From positions 4,336 through 68,335 of IMG/VR virus record IMGVR_UViG_3300034061_006808: a DNA stretch of 64,000 nt; one strand, 5' to 3'. Numbering within the stretch: the first letter of the stretch is position 1; each line of letters begins with the position of its first letter. Source of the stretch: a virus. The notes under the pieces are model-generated. The model did not search any database. It had not been told where the DNA came from and saw nothing but the letters and a program-made list of their open reading frames with translations. The translations under genes and the position numbers were made by a program. Positions 46,045 to 55,136 of the stretch are shown here, piece after piece.

Positions 46045-47529
46045 ATGGCTAGTTACGACAAAATCAATGCACAGACAGTGGCGGAAGTTCTCGCCCGTTC
46101 CCCGGAGGCGCAGCGCGTCGCCTGGGGCGAGCTTGCAATCCGCAAATCCAACGACTACAGCGAGCTTTATCGCTACTTGGTCGGGCCTCTCGGCTCCGGC
46201 AAAGCCTTCATCGAGCACTCCGACCTCCGCGTGACTGCGGGCAACCGCGTCGTCCTCCCCCTCGTCGGTGGAGCGCGTGGCGGCGGCGTCCAAGGTAGCG
46301 GCGACCGCATCGGTAAAGAGAAGAAACTCGTCCCCAAAGACTTCGATTTCAAAATCGGACGCTGGTGGGATGGTTTCGCGATCAACTCGGTCGCCCTCAA
46401 CGAGACCGTTATCGGATCGAAGTGGGACCGCGCTGCCTCGCAGTTCCTTCAACGCAACCTCGGTATCAAAAAGACCGACGACATGCTGTTGGAGCTTCTG
46501 CTCCGCGCCAACGCCCGCAACACCGTTCGCCCGAACAATAAAGGAACCCGCGATGCCCTCCGCACCGCCGATGTGTTCTCGACCAGCACTGTCCTCCGTG
46601 GCCAAGCCACGCTGACCTCGCTCGGCGCGAAACCCGTCAAGCTCGCCAAGAGCAACGCCGGAGCGGACATTCGCATGTTCACCTTCCTCGGCACGCAGTT
46701 TGCCTTGGAGGCGCTCAAAAATAGCTCCACCTACTTGGAGGCCGCTTACCACGCCGAGCAAAAAGGCATGAGCAACAGCCTCTTCACAGGCGACATCACT
46801 CCTTGGAATGGCAATGCCATTTACTCCTGGAGCGTCGAAGACCCTGAAGACCTCGCTCCCGCCGGTTGCCCGCTCGTCGCCCGCGCCTACCTTGGCAATG
46901 CGATTGCCAGCGGCACCAGCACCGTGGACATCAAAGGCGGCGGCTCCTCGGCCAACGCAGCGGATACCGATGTGCAGTTCTTCGGCTACTTCTCCAACGC
47001 ACCCATCGTGGGCTGCGAAGGAAACAAGCGTGCCGCAGATGCCTCGACCGAGCGTTTCGTCGCGATCCTCAACCACACCGGTGCCAATGCCGGAAAGGTG
47101 ATGTTCGCCTCGTTCAAGGTCAACAACGGCAACAAGCTCACCATGTTCAAGCGCCTCGGCGCGGCAAACAGCGGCGACCAAGCCACCTCGGTCGGCAACA
47201 TCACCTGGGGCACTGGCTCCTACGGTGGAGTCGCCTTGGCCGACAGCGCCCACGAAGGCGCACTCGTCGTGGAGGTCAACTCCTTCGGCGTGCCCTTCGG
47301 CTATGTCCTCGCCCTCGGCGAGATGGCAGGCGTGATGGGCCACGGCTCGATCGACGGCAAATCCGCCATCGCCAAGCGCACGGAAGAGCACCGCAACCAC
47401 GACATGGACCACGCGATCGGCCTGGAGACCACCTTCGGCTCCCGCGCTTTCGAGCGCATCGATGGCCAGGTCGGCGGTTACGCCGTTGTGGAGGTCGCCC
47501 TCCCGCTCCCCGGCTTCCCGGTTGTTTGA
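46045..47529 (+). CDS. Major capsid protein (N4-gp56/DUF4043-like)
   Basis: DLRVTAGNRVVLPLV...GVQGSGDRIGKEKKL; LFTGDI..WNG; strongly biased codon usage; follows scaffold. Confidence 0.85.
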   Translation: MASYDKINAQTVAEVLARSPEAQRVAWGELAIRKSNDYSELYRYLVGPLGSGKAFIEHSDLRVTAGNRVVLPLVGGARGGGVQGSGDRIGKEKKLVPKDFDFKIGRWWDGFAINSVALNETVIGSKWDRAASQFLQRNLGIKKTDDMLLELLLRANARNTVRPNNKGTRDALRTADVFSTSTVLRGQATLTSLGAKPVKLAKSNAGADIRMFTFLGTQFALEALKNSSTYLEAAYHAEQKGMSNSLFTGDITPWNGNAIYSWSVEDPEDLAPAGCPLVARAYLGNAIASGTSTVDIKGGGSSANAADTDVQFFGYFSNAPIVGCEGNKRAADASTERFVAILNHTGANAGKVMFASFKVNNGNKLTMFKRLGAANSGDQATSVGNITWGTGSYGGVALADSAHEGALVVEVNSFGVPFGYVLALGEMAGVMGHGSIDGKSAIAKRTEEHRNHDMDHAIGLETTFGSRAFERIDGQVGGYAVVEVALPLPGFPVV

Positions 47530-47557
47530 GTCGGCTAGGGGTAACTGACTCGACAGA

Positions 47558-47583
47558 GAGCAGGCGGGGAAACCCGCCTGCTC
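47558..47583 (+). terminator. Strong hairpin downstream of the capsid gene
   Basis: GAGCAGGCGGG-GAAA-CCCGCCTGCTC, an 11-bp perfect stem with no adjacent U-tract. Confidence 0.6.
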
Positions 47584-47620
47584 AAGTCGGGCCAGTCGCC
47601 CCGCTCCCATTTTTACCCCT

Positions 47621-47977
47621 ATGGAAAACACCACCACCACCAAGCGCATTAAGGATGTGACCATCATCCTTGAACTCACCGAGCAACCCACCAGCCCCGT
47701 CTTTCCGGTCCCCGGAGCAGACGGCAGCGAGATCGGTCTCATGACCTTCGACCCCGTGCGCGGGAGGCATTGTCTGCGAATGCCGCTCGAAGTCTTCCGC
47801 CGCCACAAAGAAAACCTCTTCACCGCCCGCCGCCGGTTTTTCCAGATCATTCCGGATTTTGAATACATCTACGATGAAGAGGAAGCCTCGCGGGTCTCCG
47901 CGCTGGAGGAACGAATCGTGGAACTCGAAACCCAACTCGCCAAAGCCAAAGTCCCGCGCAAAACCAAAGCCAAATGA
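47621..47977 (+). CDS. Hypothetical protein following the capsid gene
   Basis: ORF position; ATGA coupling to the next gene. Confidence 0.7.
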   Translation: MENTTTTKRIKDVTIILELTEQPTSPVFPVPGADGSEIGLMTFDPVRGRHCLRMPLEVFRRHKENLFTARRRFFQIIPDFEYIYDEEEASRVSALEERIVELETQLAKAKVPRKTKAK

Positions 47978-49269
47978 CCACCGCCGAAGCCCGCGACGAC
48001 CTCCTTGCCATGATCGGGATCGAAGACCCCGCGCATGCCAGCGAGAGCGTCCTCAAACGAATCACCAGCGACATCAACCTCGTCCTGCAAAAAATCTGGA
48101 CGATGGCCTCGCCGTGGTGGAGCGCGGGCAAAAGCGGCGGCGTGCTCAAAGGGCCGCAGCCATTGAGCGGGCTCACGCTCACGAATGGCAGTCCAAACAT
48201 TTTAGGAGATTACGAAACGGGCAGACTCATCATCACGAATGCGACTTTCGGAACAAAGGTCAATGGCACATACTCACGCATTGCCAACATCAATGCCGAA
48301 CCTGCATGGCAAAACGCCGAAGGCACCACGCTTTCTTTTAATGCATATCGCGCACCGGCACTCCCCAGCGATCCTGGTTCGCCTGCTTATTGGGCTATTG
48401 TAGAACCCGCGACAGGTTTTTCATCGCCAACGACCAGGTATTACACGGTTAATAATAGTGCCCAAAAACCTCCTTTGAGCGGATGGCTAACTTGGGGCGG
48501 AACGAGCGGGTTGTCATTCAATGCGGGTCCAACTGGGCACACCGCCCCAACCATTGTCAAAGAAATCGCTTCAGTTTTTTCATCGCAGTTCCTTGGACAA
48601 ACATTGCGCCTCGGAAACGACCCATTCGACAACGAACTCGCCAGTTTTAACGAAACCACCCGTGTTGCCACACTGGTGCGCCCGTATGCGGGGGATACAA
48701 CCACCGCAGGGACTGGAACACTATTCACCGACACAGTGATTCTTCCTGATGCAGTGATGAGCGTGATACCGCCCGTGCTTATTCACGGAGAGCACGAACT
48801 CAAGCCTCTGCGCAGCCAGCGCGATGTGATGCTTTTCTCCGACGCCTACAATTTTCACTCTTACGCCGATACCACCGTGGGGCCTGGTAGCACCGTCATC
48901 GCCGAAAACCGCGATGTCGATGTCCCAGTGGGTTTTTACATCGAAAATTACCGCCGCGCTAGTGGCAAGACCACGCTACGCATGCGCGTCTCGCCGCTTC
49001 CCGACAAGGAATATGCGCTACGCTACGATGTGCGCCTCGGCGCGCCCGAGATCACCGCACTGAATACCAGCACCGAGATTCCCGTTCCTCAAAACTACGC
49101 ACACAGCGTTTTTCTGCCCATCCTCCGCTACCAGTTCAGCACTTGGAGGCATGTGAACCTCGGCAACCAAGGCAACGAGTATAAGACTCACTACGACGAA
49201 GCCTGGCAAATCCTCGCCAAGCTCAAGCCCCAGCCTGTGAGCATTGGGCGGGTTCGTATCGTTTACTGA
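47974..49269 (+). CDS. Head-tail adaptor (tail tubular A-like) with an inserted module
   Basis: N-terminal helices..INLVLQKIW...PWW; C-terminal P..FY...RVSPLPDKEYAL...IPVPQNYAHSV. Confidence 0.7.
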   Translation: MTTAEARDDLLAMIGIEDPAHASESVLKRITSDINLVLQKIWTMASPWWSAGKSGGVLKGPQPLSGLTLTNGSPNILGDYETGRLIITNATFGTKVNGTYSRIANINAEPAWQNAEGTTLSFNAYRAPALPSDPGSPAYWAIVEPATGFSSPTTRYYTVNNSAQKPPLSGWLTWGGTSGLSFNAGPTGHTAPTIVKEIASVFSSQFLGQTLRLGNDPFDNELASFNETTRVATLVRPYAGDTTTAGTGTLFTDTVILPDAVMSVIPPVLIHGEHELKPLRSQRDVMLFSDAYNFHSYADTTVGPGSTVIAENRDVDVPVGFYIENYRRASGKTTLRMRVSPLPDKEYALRYDVRLGAPEITALNTSTEIPVPQNYAHSVFLPILRYQFSTWRHVNLGNQGNEYKTHYDEAWQILAKLKPQPVSIGRVRIVY

Positions 49270-49279
49270 TACCTGCGCC

Positions 49280-52024
49280 ATGGAATACAAGCGCCTCAAC
49301 CGGTTCAAAGGCATCGATACCTCCGAGGAGTCCACCGACTCCAGCGAGCAGACTCTCCGCTACGCGGAAAATGTCGTCCTGCGCCCGCGCGGAGCCGTGA
49401 GCCGGATGCCGCCTTACAGAAAACTTTGGAACTTACAGAATGTTGGAACGCATGCCTCCGTTTTAGGAATCAACCCGCAAGTGGATAAGACTTGCATCTT
49501 GAGCGTGACCCAACCAAGCCCCGCTTACCCAGCCCCGCCAACCAGCACGGTTTTTGTTCCGGCTGTTTTTTTAATTGCCTACGATTTCAAGAACAATAAA
49601 GGGTTGGGAATCTTCAGCGCCGTAGATGTTTCCGCCGAAGATTCAAGGCCATTCACGGAGATGGTTCCAGACTATGTTGGCTACTATCCACCGCAATTTT
49701 TTACCGTCCTCAAAAAAGGCCTGGCCGAAAACAAGCGCTGGTTCTTCTACCGCTTTTACGACTCGATCGTGATGGGCAACGGCGTGGATGAAAATCTGAT
49801 CTACCAGCACGCGAGGACGAGCCTGCGGTTGCGCACGATGGGAAGCAACGCGCAGCCAGGAATTCCGATTGTCACAAGCGGGCAGGCCACCACAACGCCC
49901 ACGAAACAAGCCAGCGCGTCCATCGATTTCGCGGGAACCAAATACAACGCTCCGCCTCGTCCCCTCGCCGAAGCTGGCGTCACGGGCACGCCCGCCACAG
50001 CCTATATCAAGGTAAAATGGACGCCCGCCGACACGGCAACGGAATACGAGGCGGACCTTGCCACAACGCCGTCTTTTACAACCCCAACCACCATCACCAC
50101 CACCGACTCATCAATTCAATTCGAGTCGTTGAATTTTTCTTCGCTCTATTACTTCCGCGTGCGCGCCAAATTTGGAACCAACATTTCGGGCAATTCTTCC
50201 ACAAGCTCGATCCGCACAAACGCGGCCACGCAGACATCTGTTTACAACCAAGGATCGCCCAGCGCGACCCCGTATGATGGAGAGTCCGAAACAAAAACCA
50301 CGCTCATCGTTACTGCCGGGACTTCTTTCATCGGGGAAGCTGGAAACAACCTTCAGATCGAATTTGTCGCATCAGGAAATACGCTAATCAGTTCAAGGAC
50401 CGGAGAGGGCACGCCAACCAGCACACTTGTTTACACGGTTCGCGGCGTGGGCACTGCATCTCTGCAAGAGGTGCTGACCTACATTGCCGCCGATGAAATC
50501 GTGCAGGACATTTTGACAGTGAGAGCAAACCCGCAGGGCGCTGTCCTTACAGACCTGGCCGCCAGATCCCTCATCGGCGGAGTCGGGGACGGGCAGCGCA
50601 CAGGCTATCCGCTCTCGGTCAACGGCCAAATCGCAACGAGCTTTTACGATCCCGGCGCGGGCGACCAAGGTTTCAGCAGCGGCTTGAGCGTCCCCGTGCT
50701 GGTGAAGACAAATTCCTTCACAAAAATTGTCACCCCCGGCAGCAATACAACCGGCGAACTGGCGCGCTTCACCAAATTTCGCATCTGGTATCGGCAGCCA
50801 ACGCCAAACACCCAAATCCAACTCCCAGCCAACACATGGCTCCTCCTCGGAGAATGCGACAACTCCCCAAGCGCGACATTTGAGGCGAAATTGCCCGCGA
50901 AGCTCGACGATAAATCTGTTTATTTCGACGGCACCGACATTCAGCGCCTCCCTCCCTGCACGATGTTTGAACTCTGCGAGGACAAACTTTTTGCAAGCGG
51001 CAACCCGGCCAACCCGACGCGCCTTTGGTATTCTGTGCGCGCCAACAAAACCGAACTCGTTCCTGAAGGTTTCAACCTCGAAAAAAACTACATCGAGATG
51101 GGCGCGCGCAAGGAGGAAGGCTCGGGCACACAGATCACCCACTTGAAAGCCATGGACCAGCGCCTCCAGGTCCACACCTCCCGAGGCATCACTCTAGTTC
51201 ACGGCTCCACCTTTGTCCGCACATTCGCTCGCTCCGATTTCGGCGCGCTGAACCCATCCGCCGCCACCGCATGGTCCCACCACATATCCCCCTACCTCGG
51301 AGCGGACGGCGTGCTCTACGAAATGAGCAACCAGCAGGCGCTCAAAAGCGGCATCGCCAGCGCGGCCTCATGGGACTACATCCGCTCCTTTGCCGACACC
51401 GCCGAGATGCAGAGGAACCCGTGGCGTGCCAATGTGGCGGGCGACCTCACCAACCAACTCGTCTGGGTGTGGCTCCCCTGCAAGATCGACGGCATCACGC
51501 GCCTCGCTGGCTTTTTATTCGACTACGAAACGAAAGGCTTCGCAGGGCCGATCACTTGGCCGGGACTCATATCCACGACAAAATTGAGCGCCGTGGACCC
51601 GCGCATCGTCGGCCAGACCGAAGCGGGCGATCTGATCTTTATCGACTCCAGCGAGATCAACAAGGATGAGTATCAACCCAACGAACTTCTCACCGGAAAC
51701 TTCCTCGCTGTCTCGCCGAATGAATTGATCTTTCAAACGCAACTCATGGACTTCGGCGTGCCGCATGAGCAGAAAGCCTACCTCGAACTCATGTTCAATG
51801 TCGTTCGCGGCAGTTTTGCGGAAAACATCAAGATCACGCTCGAAACCGACGAGGGCCGATCAAAGGTTTTCAACTACGGCTTGCTACGCGGCGAACGCAA
51901 CAAGTGCGCTTTTATGCTTTCGGGTTACTCCGTGAGGCTCACCTTCGAGGTCACGCTGAACGCAAACCGGCCTTTTGTTTTGCGCGACTTGGTGCTGGGC
52001 TACGACCGGCAGAAGATTCGCTGA
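49280..52024 (+). CDS. Tail nozzle / tubular B-like protein with an FN3 insertion
   Basis: FKGIDTS..LRYAENV..RPRGAVSR; KLF.SG..PTRLWYS; T.LMDFG.P..QK; FN3-like VKW...YE...LNFSSLYYFRVRA. Confidence 0.75.
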   Translation: MEYKRLNRFKGIDTSEESTDSSEQTLRYAENVVLRPRGAVSRMPPYRKLWNLQNVGTHASVLGINPQVDKTCILSVTQPSPAYPAPPTSTVFVPAVFLIAYDFKNNKGLGIFSAVDVSAEDSRPFTEMVPDYVGYYPPQFFTVLKKGLAENKRWFFYRFYDSIVMGNGVDENLIYQHARTSLRLRTMGSNAQPGIPIVTSGQATTTPTKQASASIDFAGTKYNAPPRPLAEAGVTGTPATAYIKVKWTPADTATEYEADLATTPSFTTPTTITTTDSSIQFESLNFSSLYYFRVRAKFGTNISGNSSTSSIRTNAATQTSVYNQGSPSATPYDGESETKTTLIVTAGTSFIGEAGNNLQIEFVASGNTLISSRTGEGTPTSTLVYTVRGVGTASLQEVLTYIAADEIVQDILTVRANPQGAVLTDLAARSLIGGVGDGQRTGYPLSVNGQIATSFYDPGAGDQGFSSGLSVPVLVKTNSFTKIVTPGSNTTGELARFTKFRIWYRQPTPNTQIQLPANTWLLLGECDNSPSATFEAKLPAKLDDKSVYFDGTDIQRLPPCTMFELCEDKLFASGNPANPTRLWYSVRANKTELVPEGFNLEKNYIEMGARKEEGSGTQITHLKAMDQRLQVHTSRGITLVHGSTFVRTFARSDFGALNPSAATAWSHHISPYLGADGVLYEMSNQQALKSGIASAASWDYIRSFADTAEMQRNPWRANVAGDLTNQLVWVWLPCKIDGITRLAGFLFDYETKGFAGPITWPGLISTTKLSAVDPRIVGQTEAGDLIFIDSSEINKDEYQPNELLTGNFLAVSPNELIFQTQLMDFGVPHEQKAYLELMFNVVRGSFAENIKITLETDEGRSKVFNYGLLRGERNKCAFMLSGYSVRLTFEVTLNANRPFVLRDLVLGYDRQKIR

Positions 52025-52328
52025 CAATCCGCTTGGCCGCATCGCGAGCGGCCTCACGCATTTTGATCGCCACCATCAAAATTTCCTCTTCGGAAAATCC
52101 GAGCTTGGAATTGAAATAAACTCTTCCCTCCGCGATCACATAGGATTTCGTCGCATCGGGCCGGTATTTCGGCCCGTCCTGCTGGCGCACCTCGCGCAAG
52201 CGCGCCTTGGATTTTTCATTCAGGCGCTGGCGGTTTTCCAAATACCATTGGCGCTTGCGCGCCCGATCGTATTCGTCGTTTTTCGCTCTCCATTCCCGAT
52301 TGTATTCGCTTTGGGGTTTTGCGCTCAT
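51951..52328 (-). CDS. Basic hypothetical protein (resembles the helical N-terminus of phage HNH proteins; no nuclease motif)
   Basis: MSAKPQSEYNREWRAKNDEYDRARKRQWYLENRQ; the only plausible minus-strand gene; its 3' end overlaps the nozzle gene end. Confidence 0.55.
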   Translation of the reverse strand: MSAKPQSEYNREWRAKNDEYDRARKRQWYLENRQRLNEKSKARLREVRQQDGPKYRPDATKSYVIAEGRVYFNSKLGFSEEEILMVAIKMREAARDAAKRIVSESSAGRSPAPSRAKQKAGLRSA

Positions 52329-52358
52329 GGAGGCACTAAAAGCGCAAAGCAAAAATTT

Positions 52359-52377
52359 GGCAATAATGTTTCGGCAA
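52359..52377 (-). promoter_or_regulatory. Minus-strand partial operator copy (TTGCCGAAACATTATTGCC)
   Basis: First 14 nt are identical to the 44705 copy; lies upstream of the sole minus-strand gene. Confidence 0.55.
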
Positions 52378-52446
52378 AATAGGGTGAACACCCCGGCTAA
52401 CCACCGCTATGCGCTGACATGGCTTTTTTGTCGCCTCTAGCCGCCC

Positions 52447-52628
52447 GTTGCCACTCATGTTGCCATATAAAAATTAAATATATGATAATTAACAAATTGC
52501 ATTTATTTAATTGTAACCGAGGGTTCGAATCCCTCCCTCACCGCCACCCCTTTCCCCTCTAGGACTGGACACATAAAAACAATAAAAGCACATAAAAAAC
52601 TAGGTGTGTGTTGCCAGTTCTGTTGCTA
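52447..52628 (+). mobile_element. attP: core identical in form to a tRNA-Ser 3' end (52516-52546), with paired arm-type repeats
   Basis: Core ACCGAGGGTTCGAATCCCTCCCTCACCGCCA (T arm, acceptor 3' strand, G73, CCA). GTTGCYA at 52447, 52459, 52610 and 52622, in pairs 12 bp apart. AT-rich spacer. Adjacent to the integrase. Confidence 0.88.
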
Positions 52629-52640
52629 TATTTCTCCACC

Positions 52641-53798
52641 ATGGCAAGCCTAAGAAAAAAGCACGGGTCGAAGTTTTGGTTTGGTTGTTTTGTGATGCCC
52701 GATGGGCGGCGCGTGCAGCGATCCACGAAGTCGAAGGACAAAATGGAGGCGCTCCAGATCGCGCTGGCTTGGGAGAAGGCGACCCGTCAGCGGGCGACGG
52801 TGGAGCAGTCGAAAAAAGTCATCGCCAGCATTGTGAAGATTGTCCACGGCGAGGCGGTCTCCGATGAGACGGTGGTGAGCTTTTTTGATCGCTGGGCGAC
52901 CCGCAAAAGAGCAGAGGTCGGCGAGGGCACGGCGGAGAGATACAAGGGCTGCCTGAAAGTCTTTGAGGAGTTTTTGGGCGCGCGGTCCACCATGCCGCTG
53001 GCCGAGGTGACAACGAATCTGGTGGCGCTCTGGCGCGATGAGATGGCCAAGCGATTGGCTCCGGGGACGGTGAATTTCCATCTCAAAATTGTTCGCTCGG
53101 CCTTTGCTGATGCAAAATTCGAGGGTCTGATCCAAGAGACGCCTGCTGCCGGAGTAAAGATGCTGCGGCGCTCGGTGACCGAAAAACGCGAGCGCAGCAA
53201 GCGGGCGTTCACCGCTGCGGAGATTAAAAAAATCTTCGCCGTGATTCCCAAGGATACCGAGTGGCACGGCATGACCTTGGCAGGCCTTTACACCGGCCAG
53301 CGGCTTAAAGACATCGCCCTTATGCGCTGGAGCGACATCAAGGCTGGATGGTGGAAAACCGAATCCAAAAAAACCGCGCGGCCCGTTGCCGTGCCGCTTG
53401 CCAAGCCGCTCGCAGACTGGCTCAACGAGCAGCGACCTCAAAGCAAAGCCAAAGAGGTTTTCCCGGTGGCGGCGGGTTTTATTGCGCGCACCGAGGGCAA
53501 ATCCAGCACGCTCTCGAATCAATTTTATACGGTGCTAACGAAGGCGGGGCTGGTTGAAAAAAGAAGCCACACCTCGGTCGGCAAGGGCCGCTCGGCCTCG
53601 CGGGACGGCGGCAACCTTTCCTTCCATTGCCTGCGCCACACGACCAATTCGCTGCTGAAAAATGCGGGCGTGCAGGAGAGCGTGGCCATGGATTTTGTGG
53701 GACATGAATCGGAGGCCATGTCGCGTCTCTACACCCATGTGCCGGAGGCGTCGCTCCTGGCGGCGAAGCGGAAGCTGGAAAAGGCTTTTGGAAATTAA
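52641..53798 (+). CDS. int: Tyrosine integrase
   Basis: YTGQRLKD (R), KKT (K), FHCLRH (HxxR), VGH, LYTH (Y); arm-binding N-terminus MASLRKK..SKFWF. Confidence 0.95.
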   Translation: MASLRKKHGSKFWFGCFVMPDGRRVQRSTKSKDKMEALQIALAWEKATRQRATVEQSKKVIASIVKIVHGEAVSDETVVSFFDRWATRKRAEVGEGTAERYKGCLKVFEEFLGARSTMPLAEVTTNLVALWRDEMAKRLAPGTVNFHLKIVRSAFADAKFEGLIQETPAAGVKMLRRSVTEKRERSKRAFTAAEIKKIFAVIPKDTEWHGMTLAGLYTGQRLKDIALMRWSDIKAGWWKTESKKTARPVAVPLAKPLADWLNEQRPQSKAKEVFPVAAGFIARTEGKSSTLSNQFYTVLTKAGLVEKRSHTSVGKGRSASRDGGNLSFHCLRHTTNSLLKNAGVQESVAMDFVGHESEAMSRLYTHVPEASLLAAKRKLEKAFGN

Positions 53799-53875
53799 AG
53801 CCGCCTCGTTCTAAAAGTTTCAGGCGCATCAATGAAGGTGTAGCCAAAGGCGCAAGCACGCCCTAAAACGCGGCC

Positions 53876-54499
53876 ATGGCAATTCCTTCGATGAATACTC
53901 GCTATTGGATCGCTGGCTCGCTCATCGCCGCGTGGCAATTGCTCGCCTCTCCACGCTTCCCGTGGACTCAAAATGCCGTGTGGTTTGGACTGGCGTGCTT
54001 TGTCGGGACGATCCTCTGCATCGGCTGGGCAAGCTCTCGCCTGCGCTTCGGATATGATGAAAAAAACAACAGCCGCACGGACAGGCTTGTGATGTTGGCG
54101 CTCATTGTTTACGCGCCCGTTTACTTCCTTGCACAGCATCCCATGCAAGTGATGGAGCCGCGCTATGTGGTGCTGGAGCTTGGAGAGTGGAAGCAGAGCC
54201 GAATTTACCGCATGGGCAGCGAGCCCGGCGATATCATCGAGACCCAGCGCAAGGACGACGGCTACCGGAAGCTTTACCATTTCACCTTCTGGCAGACGGC
54301 CAAGGCGGAGGGTTTCCAGCCTAGCGCGCGCGACATTCCTCATGGGAAAAACTTCCCGATTTGGCTGTGCGTGGTGATCGCTTTGTTTGAGCGCGCGGTT
54401 GGGAATTTCACACATTGGATTCTCATCACGGCGGGCCTTGGTTTTTTTTTTCTGTGCAAGAATTACTACACAAAGAAAGAAAAACAGTTTTCTTTTTGA
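53876..54499 (+). CDS. Multi-pass membrane protein
   Basis: Three N-terminal and one or two C-terminal hydrophobic segments; directly follows int. Confidence 0.7.
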   Translation: MAIPSMNTRYWIAGSLIAAWQLLASPRFPWTQNAVWFGLACFVGTILCIGWASSRLRFGYDEKNNSRTDRLVMLALIVYAPVYFLAQHPMQVMEPRYVVLELGEWKQSRIYRMGSEPGDIIETQRKDDGYRKLYHFTFWQTAKAEGFQPSARDIPHGKNFPIWLCVVIALFERAVGNFTHWILITAGLGFFFLCKNYYTKKEKQFSF

Positions 54500-54711
54500 A
54501 AATGAAAAAGACCGCAGAGCCAGTATTTATGAGGCTTGGCAGGAGAGATTGAAATCGTGACACGCGGGACACGATAAAACCGCATTCTTGCAGAGCGTCT
54601 ATTTAAGCGGGTGAAAATATTTTTTGCCCCGCAGCACAAGCATTCATGGGCTTGTCAACATTTTTCTTTATGGGGTTTTCACCCCAATTGCTTTTTTTTT
54701 AGAAAATGCAG

Positions 54712-54739
54712 TTGACCGGTGCATTGCACCTTGTATCTT
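54712..54739 (+). promoter_or_regulatory. Putative sigma70 promoter with a palindrome in its spacer; probably leaderless
   Basis: TTGACC-16-TATCTT; the spacer contains GGTGCA-T-TGCACC; ATG lies 6 nt after the -10. Confidence 0.55.
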
Positions 54740-54745
54740 ACCTCC

Positions 54746-55000
54746 ATGCCTAACAGCCCCGACATTAATAAAACCCAACTGGTCGTCCGGTTGGAGCGGG
54801 CCTTGAAACATCAGATTGAAAAAGAGGCCACGAAACAAAAAATCACCCCAACCAACTTGGTGAATCGGATTCTCATGGAAGAACTCTCCCATGTAGAACT
54901 CACGGCGGAGGACTACAGGTCCATTGCCGATGAAATCGAAAAAACCGCAGCAAACAAAAAACAAAAAACACATGGAAAAAAACCCAACCGTCGTGGCTAG
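54746..55000 (+). CDS. Ribbon-helix-helix (Arc/CopG-like) regulator
   Basis: KTQLVVRLERALKHQIEKEATKQKITPTNLVNRIL: alternating beta strand followed by two helices. Confidence 0.75.
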   Translation: MPNSPDINKTQLVVRLERALKHQIEKEATKQKITPTNLVNRILMEELSHVELTAEDYRSIADEIEKTAANKKQKTHGKKPNRRG

Positions 55001-55136
55001 TTTCGCTGTAGATCGACGCTTGAAAAAGCAACTTGAAAAACTCGCAACCGCCGCTGGCAGCAACCCCAGCGCTTTGTTGCGATTTTTTTTGTCAAAGAGG
55101 TGCAATGCACCCGCTGATTTCCCAACGAAGAAATGA
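54972..55136 (+). CDS. Second ribbon-helix-helix regulator
   Basis: VVASFAVDRRLKKQLEKLATAAGSNPSALLRFFL. Confidence 0.7.
   Translation: MEKNPTVVASFAVDRRLKKQLEKLATAAGSNPSALLRFFLSKRCNAPADFPTKK

Noticed and set aside
52516-52546. A complete tRNA-Ser gene
   Set aside because: Only the T arm and acceptor 3' strand are present; upstream is AT-rich with no D or anticodon arm. It is an att core.
54924-54942. Possible operator copy TTGCCGATGAAATCGAAAA inside the first RHH gene
   Set aside because: It lacks the GACA core and has two mismatches in the right half; TTGCCGA alone occurs often in coding sequence. Not counted, though weak autoregulation cannot be excluded.
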